Below, one piece after another: positions 14,722-25,600 of a stretch of 64,000 nucleotides of DNA. This DNA is from Clostridia bacterium (lineage in GTDB: Bacteria; Bacillota; Clostridia; Christensenellales; CAG-1252). The stretch is from positions 2,322-66,321 of the forward strand of contig JAFPXC010000001.1 in assembly GCA_017394805.1 (NCBI GenBank). Reading direction: 5' to 3'. Position 1 is the first letter of the stretch; every line of letters begins with the position of its first letter. A program made the position numbers and the translations under genes. Below the pieces are notes generated by a model. That model worked only from the letters and a program-made list of their open reading frames with translations. It did no database searches and was not told the DNA's origin.

Positions 14722-15798
14722 ATGAAATTCGTCAAAAAAGCAATCGTGGTATTATTAATCGTCGCCGTCGTCGCCGGCGTTACGGCGTGCGCCAACGGCA
14801 AAGACGCCGTCAAGTTCGATACCTGGAACGAATGTACGGCCTTGACGTCGCTCAAAGAGTACGTCAAAGCGGTGACGGACAAAAACAGCAAAGAGTATAT
14901 CCCCGTGGAAGATCGCATCGCGGTGTTCGACATGGACGGCACCTTGTGCGGCGAATTGTTCCCCGAGTATCTCGAGTATCTTCTCTTGGCCTACCGCTGC
15001 TTGGACGATCCTACCTACCAAGCGAGCGAAGACCTCGTCGAAGTCGCCACCGAGATACGCGAAGCTGGCAAGAACTACAAGACGCCCGCTATCCCCGAGT
15101 ACGACGTGCGCCACGGCAAGGCGCAAGCCAAAGCCTTCGCGGGGATGACGCCCAACGAGTTTATACAATACGTCAAGACCTTCCTGCAACAGGACGCGCA
15201 AGGATTCACGGGGTTGAAATACGCCGACTCCATCTACAAACCCATGATAGAGGTGGTGACCTACCTGCAACAAAACGACTTTACCTGCTACGTGGTCAGC
15301 GGCTCCGACCGCATGATCTGCCGCGCGGTGGCGTGCGAAGCGCTCAACCTGCCCGAAAACCAAATCATCGGCATGGACGTCACCTTGGTGGCCACCAACG
15401 AGCCGACCTATGAGAACAACGAGGGCTATCACTACAACAATCTGCACTATCAATTCAACGACGGCGGCAAGGACACCTTGGTAAGAGGCGACAGTCTGTG
15501 GATAAAGAACCTCAAGATGAACAAGGTCTTCCAAATCGCGCAGGAGATCGGCAAGCAACCCGTGCTTTCCTTCGGCAACAGCAGCGGCGACGTGAGTATG
15601 CACGAGTACACCGTCACCGACAATAAATACCGCTCGATGGCCTTTATGCTCATCGCGGACGACGCCGAAAGAGACCACGCCGACCTCACGGAGACCGCCA
15701 AACGCAAAGCGCAATGGGAAACGCGCGGCTACACCATCATCTCGATGAAAAACGACTTCAAGACCATCTACGGCGAAGGCGTTACGATGACGAAATAA
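14722..15798 (+). CDS. HAD-superfamily hydrolase, predicted lipoprotein
   Basis: Signal peptide with lipobox VTAC. HAD motifs FDMDGTL, VVSGSD and GNSSGD. GAGGAGAG RBS. Confidence 0.8.
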   Translation: MKFVKKAIVVLLIVAVVAGVTACANGKDAVKFDTWNECTALTSLKEYVKAVTDKNSKEYIPVEDRIAVFDMDGTLCGELFPEYLEYLLLAYRCLDDPTYQASEDLVEVATEIREAGKNYKTPAIPEYDVRHGKAQAKAFAGMTPNEFIQYVKTFLQQDAQGFTGLKYADSIYKPMIEVVTYLQQNDFTCYVVSGSDRMICRAVACEALNLPENQIIGMDVTLVATNEPTYENNEGYHYNNLHYQFNDGGKDTLVRGDSLWIKNLKMNKVFQIAQEIGKQPVLSFGNSSGDVSMHEYTVTDNKYRSMAFMLIADDAERDHADLTETAKRKAQWETRGYTIISMKNDFKTIYGEGVTMTK

Positions 15799-15818
15799 TC
15801 GAAAAAGAGGAAACCGAT

Positions 15819-16523
15819 ATGGAACAAAAATTGCTGATAGAAGCGAAAAACCTCGTAAAAACCTACGGCGAGGGCGAAGGCTTGACCTTTGCGTTGAACA
15901 AGGTGTCCATCAACGTGTACGAACACGACTTTTTGGTGATCTTGGGCGGCTCGGGCTCGGGCAAGTCCACCTTCCTTAATATGCTGGGCGGCATAGACAA
16001 GGTGGAATCGGGCGAAATATTGGTCAACGGACAAGACATCGTCAAATTCAACGACAAGCAGTTGACCTTGTACCGCCGCAATACGATAGGATTCGTCTAT
16101 CAGTTCTTCAACCTCATCAACGATATCACCGTCTATCAAAACGTCGTGTTGGCCCCCGGCTCGCGCAACAAAGAACGCGCCATGGCGCTCTTGGAACGCG
16201 TGGAATTGGCCGACAAAAAGGATAAATTCCCCCGTCAACTGTCGGGCGGACAGCAACAGCGCGTGGCCATCGCCCGCGCCCTCAACAAGCCCAGCGACAT
16301 ACTCCTCTGCGACGAACCCACGGGCGCATTGGACGACGTGTCGGGCAAAGCCGTCCTCAAACTGCTCGAGGACATACACAACGAAGGCAAAACCATCGTG
16401 TTGGTGACGCACACCCGCGAGATAGCTGGTATGGCCAACCGTATCATCACGATGAAAAACGGGCAAGTGGTCAAAGAGGAATACAACGACCACGTCGTCA
16501 AAGCGGAAGAGGTGATTTGGTAA
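15819..16523 (+). CDS. ABC transporter ATP-binding protein (MacB/LolD type)
   Basis: GGSGSGKST (Walker A), LSGGQQQRVAIARAL (signature), LLCDEPTGALD (Walker B). Start moved to ATG 15819 after AAGAGG. Confidence 0.9.
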   Translation: MEQKLLIEAKNLVKTYGEGEGLTFALNKVSINVYEHDFLVILGGSGSGKSTFLNMLGGIDKVESGEILVNGQDIVKFNDKQLTLYRRNTIGFVYQFFNLINDITVYQNVVLAPGSRNKERAMALLERVELADKKDKFPRQLSGGQQQRVAIARALNKPSDILLCDEPTGALDDVSGKAVLKLLEDIHNEGKTIVLVTHTREIAGMANRIITMKNGQVVKEEYNDHVVKAEEVIW

Positions 16524-16524
16524 T

Positions 16525-19002
16525 ATGATCGGCACGATGCTCAAGCCCTTTTTCAAGAAGTTCATAGGGCTGTTCATTTCTATGGTCTTCGTTTCGATGC
16601 TGTCCATCGGTCTCTTGACGGCGTTCGCCTCCACCTTGCGCAATTTGGGCGAGACCTTCCGCACCTATTTATCGGAATATGAGGACGTCAACGTCGTGGC
16701 CGATATCGGGTTCACTTCCCTCACCAAGCTGGCTGACTTGTCGCAAGTGGACGGCGTGGAAACCGTGGAGTACCGCCTGACCATGACCGCCAATATGAAA
16801 ACGGCGGACGACAAGCACACGTACACGATGAAGCTGTTTACGTTCAAAGACGACGGCACGTCCCGCTTCAATCGCTTCGTGCTCAAAACGGCCGCCGAAA
16901 AGAGCGCGGACAAAGTCAACGTCTCCCTCGTGCGCAAATTCGCCGACAACAACGGCTTCAAGCCCGGCGATTCGGTCAAGATAGGGTTCTACGACACCTT
17001 CCTCGACTGCAACGTCTACGAGATCATCGAGACGCCCGAGGCCATTCTCCCCCGCGTCAACGCCCTCGTATGGTCGGACAACACCGACTTCGGCTACGTC
17101 TACGTCGCCGAGAGCGAATTGGACAAATTGATCGCCGAAGCGGCCGTCGCCATTGAAAACAAGATAGAAGCGAACGACGCGTTCCGCGCCGTTTACGAAA
17201 AAGCGGTCGAAGCCGCGGGCGGCACCATTCCCGACCTCGTCGATACCTACGTCCTGGGCATGGACTACACGCGCGTATTCGCCAACCAGATCCTCATCAA
17301 GGGCGAAGACGGACTGCCCGAAGAAGTGGTCGTCTACAACGTCAACAAGTATCTGAAAACCCCCGAAAAAGAGGTAAAGGTCGATTCCGTCACCGAAAAT
17401 CACAAGCAAGCCTATTACGCCTACGTCGAGAACTCCATCAAGACCATGCGCGTGGCGGCGGTATTTTTGCCCGTGTTCTTCTTCTCGGTGACGATGATCA
17501 TCATCAGCCTGTTTATCAACCAGATCATCAAGGCGATGACGCCGCAAATAGGCATTATGATGTCCATCGGCGCGGGCAAATTGGATATTATATCCATCTT
17601 CCAGGTGTTCACGCTCATTATGTCCCTTTGCGCGGGCGCGCTGGGTACGGGCGTCGCCATAGGCCTCAATCGTATGCTGGCCTCCGCCCTTATCAACGTC
17701 TATTCCATTCCGACCATTCCCTACGGCGTCAATCCCCTCATCGCGGTGTTGTCGGTGTTGGCGTTGATGGTATTCGCGCAAGGCGCCACGGCATTCTCCT
17801 GCCGTAGTATTTTCCGCATCACGCCCAAAGACGCCACCATCTCCAACGAGGCCAAGCGCAAGCGTATGTCGCCCAAATTGGAGGCCGCCATCGACCGCGC
17901 GCCTATGATTATAAGACTCGGCGTCAATTCCATCGCGCAAAACCCCAAGCGCTTTTTGGTGTCCGCTTTCGCCATCCTCGCGTCGTTCGTCATTATCCTT
18001 ATGTCCCTCTTCTTCTACGACGCAAAGATGAACCTATTGCATCAGACGGTGGACGAGAGATGGTCTTTCGACGCGCAGGTCTATATGGCGTCCGTGGCCA
18101 CCGAGGAAGATATAGCCGCCGTGCGCAGCCAGCCTTCGGTGAAACAATTTTTGGATTGCTACTGCACCTACGCCAAGGTCGAAAACCTGTACGACTCCAA
18201 AAAGCACGCGTCCATCGCTTGCGTGGGGTTTGACGAGGATCCCAACAACGATCTCATTGTCATTCCCGACGAAAAAGGCAAAGGTGATATGTCCTTGCCC
18301 TCGTCGGGCGTAGTCTTGCCGCAACCCGTCGCCAAGGCGATAGGCGTCAAGAAGGGCGATTGGGTGAAGATGAACGGCGTGCCCTACCGTGTGTCCGCCA
18401 TCTCCTTCCAATACGGGCACACCATCGCCTTTATGACCAAGGCGGAACTCGTGCGTATGGATATGCAATATATCTCCACGTATATCCTCAATCTCAACGA
18501 CGACGCGGCTTTCCTTACCTATATGCAGGAGCACAATCCCGCCACCGTCACCGTGTTCTCGAAAAATCTCCGCAAGGATATGCGCGGTATGTTCGGCGCC
18601 ATCGACATCTTCATCTATCTGCTTATCGGATTCTCCCTCGCGATGGGCTTCATCATTTTGTGCATCATGGGGCAGAACGCCTTGATGGAGCAAAAACGGC
18701 AAATATCCGTCTTCCGCCTCATCGGCTTCACGGTGCTGGACGTGTCCAACCTGTGGACGTTGCAGGGCGTGGCGCAACTGGTATTGTCGTCCATCTTCGC
18801 CATTCCCGCGGGCGTGGGCGCGTCCGCCGCTCTGTACGCGATGGTCAATTCGTCCTCTCAGATATTCCCCCTCACCGTCAAGGCGACGACCGTTCTTGCC
18901 GCCTTTGCCTTCGTGTTCGTCATCATAGTCGCCAGCCACTTGTTGTCCATGCTGTCCATCAAGCGGTGGAACCTGGCCGACAACACGCGAAGCCGCGAAT
19001 GA
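16525..19002 (+). CDS. ABC transporter permease, FtsX/MacB type (duplicated FtsX module)
   Basis: 825 aa. The N-terminal TM, large extracytoplasmic domain and 3-TM cluster occur twice. ATG lies 1 nt after the ATPase stop. Confidence 0.85.
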   Translation: MIGTMLKPFFKKFIGLFISMVFVSMLSIGLLTAFASTLRNLGETFRTYLSEYEDVNVVADIGFTSLTKLADLSQVDGVETVEYRLTMTANMKTADDKHTYTMKLFTFKDDGTSRFNRFVLKTAAEKSADKVNVSLVRKFADNNGFKPGDSVKIGFYDTFLDCNVYEIIETPEAILPRVNALVWSDNTDFGYVYVAESELDKLIAEAAVAIENKIEANDAFRAVYEKAVEAAGGTIPDLVDTYVLGMDYTRVFANQILIKGEDGLPEEVVVYNVNKYLKTPEKEVKVDSVTENHKQAYYAYVENSIKTMRVAAVFLPVFFFSVTMIIISLFINQIIKAMTPQIGIMMSIGAGKLDIISIFQVFTLIMSLCAGALGTGVAIGLNRMLASALINVYSIPTIPYGVNPLIAVLSVLALMVFAQGATAFSCRSIFRITPKDATISNEAKRKRMSPKLEAAIDRAPMIIRLGVNSIAQNPKRFLVSAFAILASFVIILMSLFFYDAKMNLLHQTVDERWSFDAQVYMASVATEEDIAAVRSQPSVKQFLDCYCTYAKVENLYDSKKHASIACVGFDEDPNNDLIVIPDEKGKGDMSLPSSGVVLPQPVAKAIGVKKGDWVKMNGVPYRVSAISFQYGHTIAFMTKAELVRMDMQYISTYILNLNDDAAFLTYMQEHNPATVTVFSKNLRKDMRGMFGAIDIFIYLLIGFSLAMGFIILCIMGQNALMEQKRQISVFRLIGFTVLDVSNLWTLQGVAQLVLSSIFAIPAGVGASAALYAMVNSSSQIFPLTVKATTVLAAFAFVFVIIVASHLLSMLSIKRWNLADNTRSRE

Positions 19003-19083
19003 TCGAGGATACGCGCGGCGCGGTTTTGCGGCAAAGTCGCCCGTAGGCGCGCCGCTCGACCGACAGATAAGGAGCGAACGGAT

Positions 19084-19674
19084 ATGGTAAAGGTGGTATT
19101 GGCAAAGACTCGTGGTCTGACGTGGGCAAAAGCCCGCGCCTTGCCCTTCGTCCTCGCAGAGGACGTAGCCGAGGCCGACCGCTACCGAAGCCCCGACGAC
19201 AAGGTGCTGCACCTCGTATCGGCCTTTCTCAAACGGAAATACGTGGGGACGTGGACGGTTTCGCCCGAGGGCAAGCCCCTTTCCCTCGCCGTTTGCTTCA
19301 ACGTGTCGCACACCGAATGGCTGGTGGCTTTGGCGCTCGCCCCCTTTGACGTGGGCGTAGACGTGGAGCGCGTCCGCACGGCCGACGCGGATTTGCGCAA
19401 CTATATCGCCGCCTCCGACGAGCGGGCGCACGTCCACTCGGACGAGGACTTTTTCCGTCTGTGGACGGCCAAAGAGAGCCTGGTCAAAGCCGAAGGCACG
19501 GGCTTTGACGTCAAACCCGACGAAGTGCCCGCCTTGCCCCTCGAAGGGTGCAAGACCTACAAAAATCATCGCTATTATTCCCGCCAAACCGAGGTGGGCG
19601 ACTGCGTGCTATCCGTCACGTGCCGCACCGACCGACCGTTTGAGTGGGCCATTGAAAAGGAGAATATACTATGA
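19084..19674 (+). CDS. 4'-phosphopantetheinyl transferase (Sfp type)
   Basis: FNVSHT, VGVDVERV and FRLWTAKESLVKAEGTG motifs. The stop overlaps the NRPS start (ATGA at 19671-19674). Confidence 0.85.
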   Translation: MVKVVLAKTRGLTWAKARALPFVLAEDVAEADRYRSPDDKVLHLVSAFLKRKYVGTWTVSPEGKPLSLAVCFNVSHTEWLVALALAPFDVGVDVERVRTADADLRNYIAASDERAHVHSDEDFFRLWTAKESLVKAEGTGFDVKPDEVPALPLEGCKTYKNHRYYSRQTEVGDCVLSVTCRTDRPFEWAIEKENIL

Positions 19675-22600
19675 GCCAATATTATCCGCTGTCCAAAACC
19701 GAAGAAGGCATCTACGTATCCTGTCTTACGCCTACCGACGCCTACAACCTCACCAACGTACTGCGGTTGGGCAAATCCTTGGACGTTCCTCGTTTCACCG
19801 CCGCGGTGGCCGCGGTATTCGACGCGCACCCCTATCTGTTCACCGTGTTGTTCGAGGGAGAGGACGGCGGCATATACAAAAAACTCCAACCCGTACCCAT
19901 AGAGTTGCCCGTCGTCGAGGTGGACGAACTCGACGTACAGTCGCCCCCCTTCGAGATGCTGGGGCGGCATTTGTTCCGCTTGGCTTTGTACCGCGTGGCG
20001 GGCGAATACGTCTTCGTCTTCGACTTCCATCATATCATTTTCGACGGCACTTCGGCCAAATTGTTCATCGACCAAGTGGGCGCCGTCTATCGCGGCGAAT
20101 CCATCGAAAAAGAGACCTACAGCGCCAACGAATTCGGCCTTGACGAGCAAAAACGCCTGCAAACGGACGACTACCGCAAGGCAAAAGATTTCTTCGAGAA
20201 GGCCGTCAAAGACCCCGAGACCGATTCCGCGCTCATCGAGGACAAGTCGGAGGGCACGATCCTTCACGGCACGTTCCATCAGGACCTCACCGTCCTCAAC
20301 GCGGACGTAAAAGACCTGACCAAACGGCTGAAAATCAAAACGTCGGCATTCTTCTTGGCGACTTTCGGCTATTTGTTGTCCAAAATCAATATGGACGACA
20401 AGGCGCTCTTCCTCACCGTCAACAACGGCCGCGACGAGATGACGCGCCATTCGTTGGGTATGTTCGTCAAGACCTTTCCCTTCTATCTGGAAAACAAAGA
20501 AACGGTGGCCGAATACCTCTCGGCCGCCAACGACTATCTGGTGGGCGCGACCGCCAGCCTACTGTATCCCTTCTCGGACGCGGTCAAGGATTTGGGCGTG
20601 CCCGACGGCGTGATGTTCGCCTATCAAGGGGACAGTTTCTACAAGACCGAGTGGGAGGGGCGTGACGCCTTCGTGTCCCTTCTCGACCGCAAGGACGGCA
20701 AGGACAAGTTGAGCGTGGAAGTATATCGTGAAAACGGGTGCTTCCTGGTGTGGGTAGAGTACCGCGCCGACCTCTACGAAGAGGACACCGTTCGGCACCT
20801 CATCCGCCTCTACGACGTGGCGCTCAAAGAGTTTTTGCGAAAAGCCGCGCTTGCCGACGTCGATCTCGTCGACGAAAAGGAAAAGGCGCTGTTGGATTCT
20901 TTCAACCGCGCGGACCTCTCCTATATAGACGCAAACCGCACGGTATTGGACGATTTCCGCGATATGGTAAAGAAATATCCCGACCACCCCGCCGTCGTGT
21001 TCCGCGACAAGCGCTACACCTATCGTGACGTGGATCGCTTGTCCGACAATATAGCCGCCTACCTCGCGGCCAAAGGCGTGGGCAAAGAGGACGTGGTGTC
21101 CGTACTCATCAACAAGAGCGAATATATCGTCATCGCCTCGTTGGGCGTGCTCAAATCGGGCGCGGCCTACCAGCCCCTCGATCCGTCTTACCCCGTGGAG
21201 CGATTGGCGTTCATGGTCAAGGACGTCGCCGCCAAGGCCCTCATCAAGGACCGTGACCTCGATTTGTTGCAAGACTACGACGGCCCCATTCTCTACACGG
21301 ACGAAGTAGACGCGTTGCCCGACCACGCGGCGCCTCGGGTGGACGTGCGGCCCCGAGATTTGTTCATTATGCTGTATACGTCGGGTTCGACGGGCGTGCC
21401 GAAAGGCGTTATGCTCGAGCACGGCAACCTCAACACGTTCGCCACCTATCACGCGCGGCGGTTCGGCGTAGACCATACGGCCAGAGTAGCCGCCTACGCA
21501 TCGTACGGGTTCGACGCGGATATGCTCGACCTCTATCCCACCCTCACGCACGGCGGGTGCGTATACGTCATACCCAACGAACTCAGGCTGGACCTCATCA
21601 AGTTGGGGGACTACTTCAACCAAAACGGCGTCACGCACGCCATGCTCACCACGCAGGTGGGGCGGCAATTCATCGAAATGATAGACGCGCCCACGTTGCG
21701 TTTCCTCTTGGTCGGCGGCGAAAAGTTGGTGCCCGTCGCACCGCCCAAATACACGTTGGCCAACGGCTACGGTCCCACCGAGGGCACGGTATATTGCTCG
21801 GCCCAAGTGGTGGATCGCACGTACTATCGCGTGCCTATCGGCAAAGCCAACGAAACCTACAAGACCTACGTCCTCGACAAAAACGGCCGTCGCCTGCCCA
21901 CCTTGGCGCAAGGCGAATTGTGCATAGCCGGCCCGCAGGTGGCGAGGGGCTATCTCAACCGTGAGGAAGAGAACAAAAAAGCCTTTCTCCTTAATCCCTT
22001 CGACGAAGACGCCGCCTTTGCGCGGCTCTATCGCACGGGCGACGTGGTGCGCTATCTCGCGGACGGCACGTTGGACTTCATCGGTCGCAAGGACGGTCAG
22101 GTGAAGATACGCGGCTTCCGCGTGGAACTCTCGGAAGTGGAAAAGGTCATTCGGGAATACGCGGGCGTCAAAGACGCCACCGTCAAGGACTTCGTGGACC
22201 CCGCGGGCGTCAAGTATTTGTGCGCCTACGTCGTGTCGAACGACGAGATAGACGTGGACGACCTCAACGCCTTTATCGCGTCCAAAAAGCCCCCCTATAT
22301 GGTGCCCGCCTACACGATGCAGATAGACGCCATTCCCCTCAACCAAAACCAAAAAGTCAACAAACGCGCCTTGCCGCAGCCCCAACTCAAACAGCGCGAA
22401 AAGGTAGCGCCCGCGGGTGAGGACGAGCAAGCGGTGTACGACATTCTCGCGGGCATTCTGGGCACGCGGGACTTCGGCGTTACCACGGACGTCTACGAGG
22501 CGGGCCTCACCAGCGTGTCCTCTATCCGTTTCGCCATTCTCTTGTCCAAACGATTCGGCAAAGAGGTGGGCAACGCCGACTTCCGCGCCTGCCCCACCGT

Positions 22601-25600
22601 GCGGGCGTTGACCGCGCGGCTGGCGGCCAAAGAGGAAGTGAAGACCTACGAAATACGGGCGGAATACCCCCTCTCCAAGTTGCAGGAAGGCATTTTCGTG
22701 GAATGTACCACCCACCCCGATACCACCGTCTACAATATCCCCGTTTTGATCAAACTCCACCCCTCGGTGGACGTAGAACGCCTGGCCGAGGCCGTAGAGA
22801 GGGTCGTGGACGCGCACCCCTATCTCAAAATGCGCCTGCACGTCCGTGACGACGGGGACGTGGTGGCCACCCGCGACGACGCGCGCAAGATAGCGGTCGG
22901 TCGCATCACGGTTGCCGAGGGCGAAACGAGCGGTCTCGTCAAGCCCTTCGACCTGCAAAAAGACGATCTCTTCCGCGCCGCCATCGTCACGGACGGCAAG
23001 CAGAATTATCTGTTCGTGGACGCGCACCATATCGTATTCGACGGCGAATCGCTGGTCGTCTTTATGCGCGAAGTGGAAGAAGCCTATCAAGGTCAAAGCG
23101 TCCCCGCCGAAACCTACACGGGGTTCGAAGTGGCCTTGGACGAAGAGGAAAGAGTAAAGAGCGACGACTATCGTCGGGCCAAAGCCTATTACGAGGATCT
23201 TTTGGGCGCGGTGGACACCGAATGTATGCCCATTCGCGACCGCGACGAAGGCGTCGACCGAGGGGAAGATTTCTTGGTGGCCGCCGTCATAGACAAAGCC
23301 CCTCTCGCCGCCTTCCTCAAAGATAGCGGCACCACCGTCAACGCCCTTTGGAACGCCGCGTTCGGCTACGCCTTGGCCAAGTTTCTGGCGCGGGAAGACT
23401 GCGTGTATACCACCGTCTACAACGGCCGTAGTGACAGTCGTCTGGCGGACGCCATCGGTATGTACGTGCACACATTGCCCGTGGTATTCCGCATGACGGC
23501 GGGGCAAAGCGCCAAAGACGCCGTGCGCAACGTGGCCAAACTGCTCGCAGACGACATGGCCAACGACGTCTATCCCTTTGCCGAAATATCCCGCAACTTC
23601 GGCGTCAAAGCCAACGTGATGTTCGTGTACGAGGGCAATATCGGCACGGGGCTGACGGTCGGCGGACAACCAGCCGAAAGCGTGATGCTCAAATTGGACG
23701 CGCTCAAAGCAGACCTCTCCGTCTTCGTGTACGAAACGGGAAACGGCTTCCGCTTAGATTGCGAATACAACGCGCGCTACTACGAAGAATGGAGCATTCG
23801 CTCCTTGCTGCAAAGCACCGTGGCGGCGCTCAACGCGATGATTTCGGGCGTCAAAATAGACGAAATATCCCTGCTTTCGCCCCAAGAAAAGGCCCGTCTG
23901 GACGCTACCTTCGTGGCGCACGAAACCGAGGATACCGACGTCGTTACCCTCTTCAGACGCGCCGCCGCGGCGTACCCCGAGCGCAACGCCGTCATCTTCC
24001 GCGACAAGCGCCTCACCTATCGGCAATTGGACGAGATATCCGACCGCGTGGCCGCCTACGTCCAAAGCCGTGGCGTGGGCAAAGAAGACCGCGTGTCCAT
24101 TCTCGTCCCGAGAGGGGAATATATGGTGATAGCGGCCTTGGGCGTGCTCAAAGCGGGCGCGGCCTACGAGCCGTTGGATCCCTCCTATCCCCCCGAGCGG
24201 CTCAACTTTATGGTGCAAAACGCCAAGGCAAAATTGGTCATCGCGGATAGCGCCCTCATCGGGTTGCTGTCCGAATACGAGGGCGACCGCCTTTTCATCG
24301 AGGACGTTCCCTCTCTGCCGCAGGCGAAACCCGTCGATCCCTCGCTCAAAGGGAATAATATGTTCATCATCCTGTACACCTCGGGCACGACGGGCACGCC
24401 CAAGGGCGTGATGCTCGAGCATCACAACCTCGTCAACTTCTGCACTTGGTATAGAGCGCATTACGATCTCACCCCCGAATCGGTGGTGGGCGCTTACGCG
24501 AGTTTCGGCTTCGACGCGGATATGATGGATTTGTACCCCGCGCTCACGACGGGTGCGGCGGTCTACGTCATTCCCGAAGATATGCGCCTTGACCTCAACG
24601 CCCTCAACGAAGCGTTCAAGGAGAACGGGGTGTCGCACGTCTTTATGACCACCCAGATGGGGCGTATGTTCGCCGAAAACATTGCGGGCGAAAGCCTTGC
24701 GCACCTGTCGGTGGGCGGCGAAACGCTCGCTCCCGTCAATCCGCCCAAAGGGTTCGCGCTTTGGAACGGATACGGCCCCACCGAATGCACCATCTTCTCC
24801 ACGATATGGAAGATAGATCGCCTCTACTACCGCAATCCCATCGGCGCGGCCTTGTGGAACTACAAACTGTACGTCGTGGGCAAAGCGGGCGACGAATTGC
24901 CCGTAGGCGCGTTGGGCGAGTTGTGGATAGCGGGCGCGGGCGTAGGCAGAGGCTACCTCGACCTACCCGAGCAGACCAAAAAGGTCTTTATTGCCAACCC
25001 CTTCGACAGCACCTCAGGCTTCGAGCGCGCGTATCGCACGGGCGACGTGGTGCGCCGCCTCGCGGACGGTAGCATCGACTTCGTAGGGCGCAACGACGGG
25101 CAGGTGAAGATACGCGGTTTCCGCATCGAATTGGCCGAGGTTGAAGGCGTTATACGCGAGTACCCCGGCGTCAAAAACGTGACCGTGCAAGCCTTCGAGG
25201 ACAAGGCCTTCGGCGGCAAGTTCCTCGCGGCCTACGTCGTGGCGGACGACAAATTGGACTTCGGCGCCATCGGCGAGTTCATCAAGAGCAAAAAGCCCCC
25301 CTATATGGTGCCTGCGGCCTTTATGCAGTTGGACGAGATACCCCTCAACCAAAACCAAAAAGTCAACAAACGCGCTTTGCCCGCCCCCGTGCGCAACGCG
25401 GCGGATACGAGCGTCAAAGACGAGCCGACCACCGCGCTCGAACGCGAGATATGCAAGGTGTTCGCCAACATATTGGGACTTGAAAAAGTCGGCGCCACCG
25501 ACGATTTCTTCGACATCGGCGGCACTTCGATAAGCGCCGCGAAGGTGTCTATGTACGCCGCGGGCAAGAGTTATCCCGTGGCCTACAAGGACATTTTCGA

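Noticed and set aside
14565-15714. 282-aa plus-strand (Arg-rich) and 319-aa minus-strand ORFs overlapping the HAD lipoprotein gene
   Set aside because: They are alternative-frame artefacts. Only the 14722-15798 frame has an RBS, a lipobox and HAD motifs.
16669-19587. 423-aa and 517-aa minus-strand ORFs opposite the FtsX permease and PPTase genes
   Set aside because: Antisense artefacts. The sense strand encodes clear TM-rich permease and PPTase motifs.
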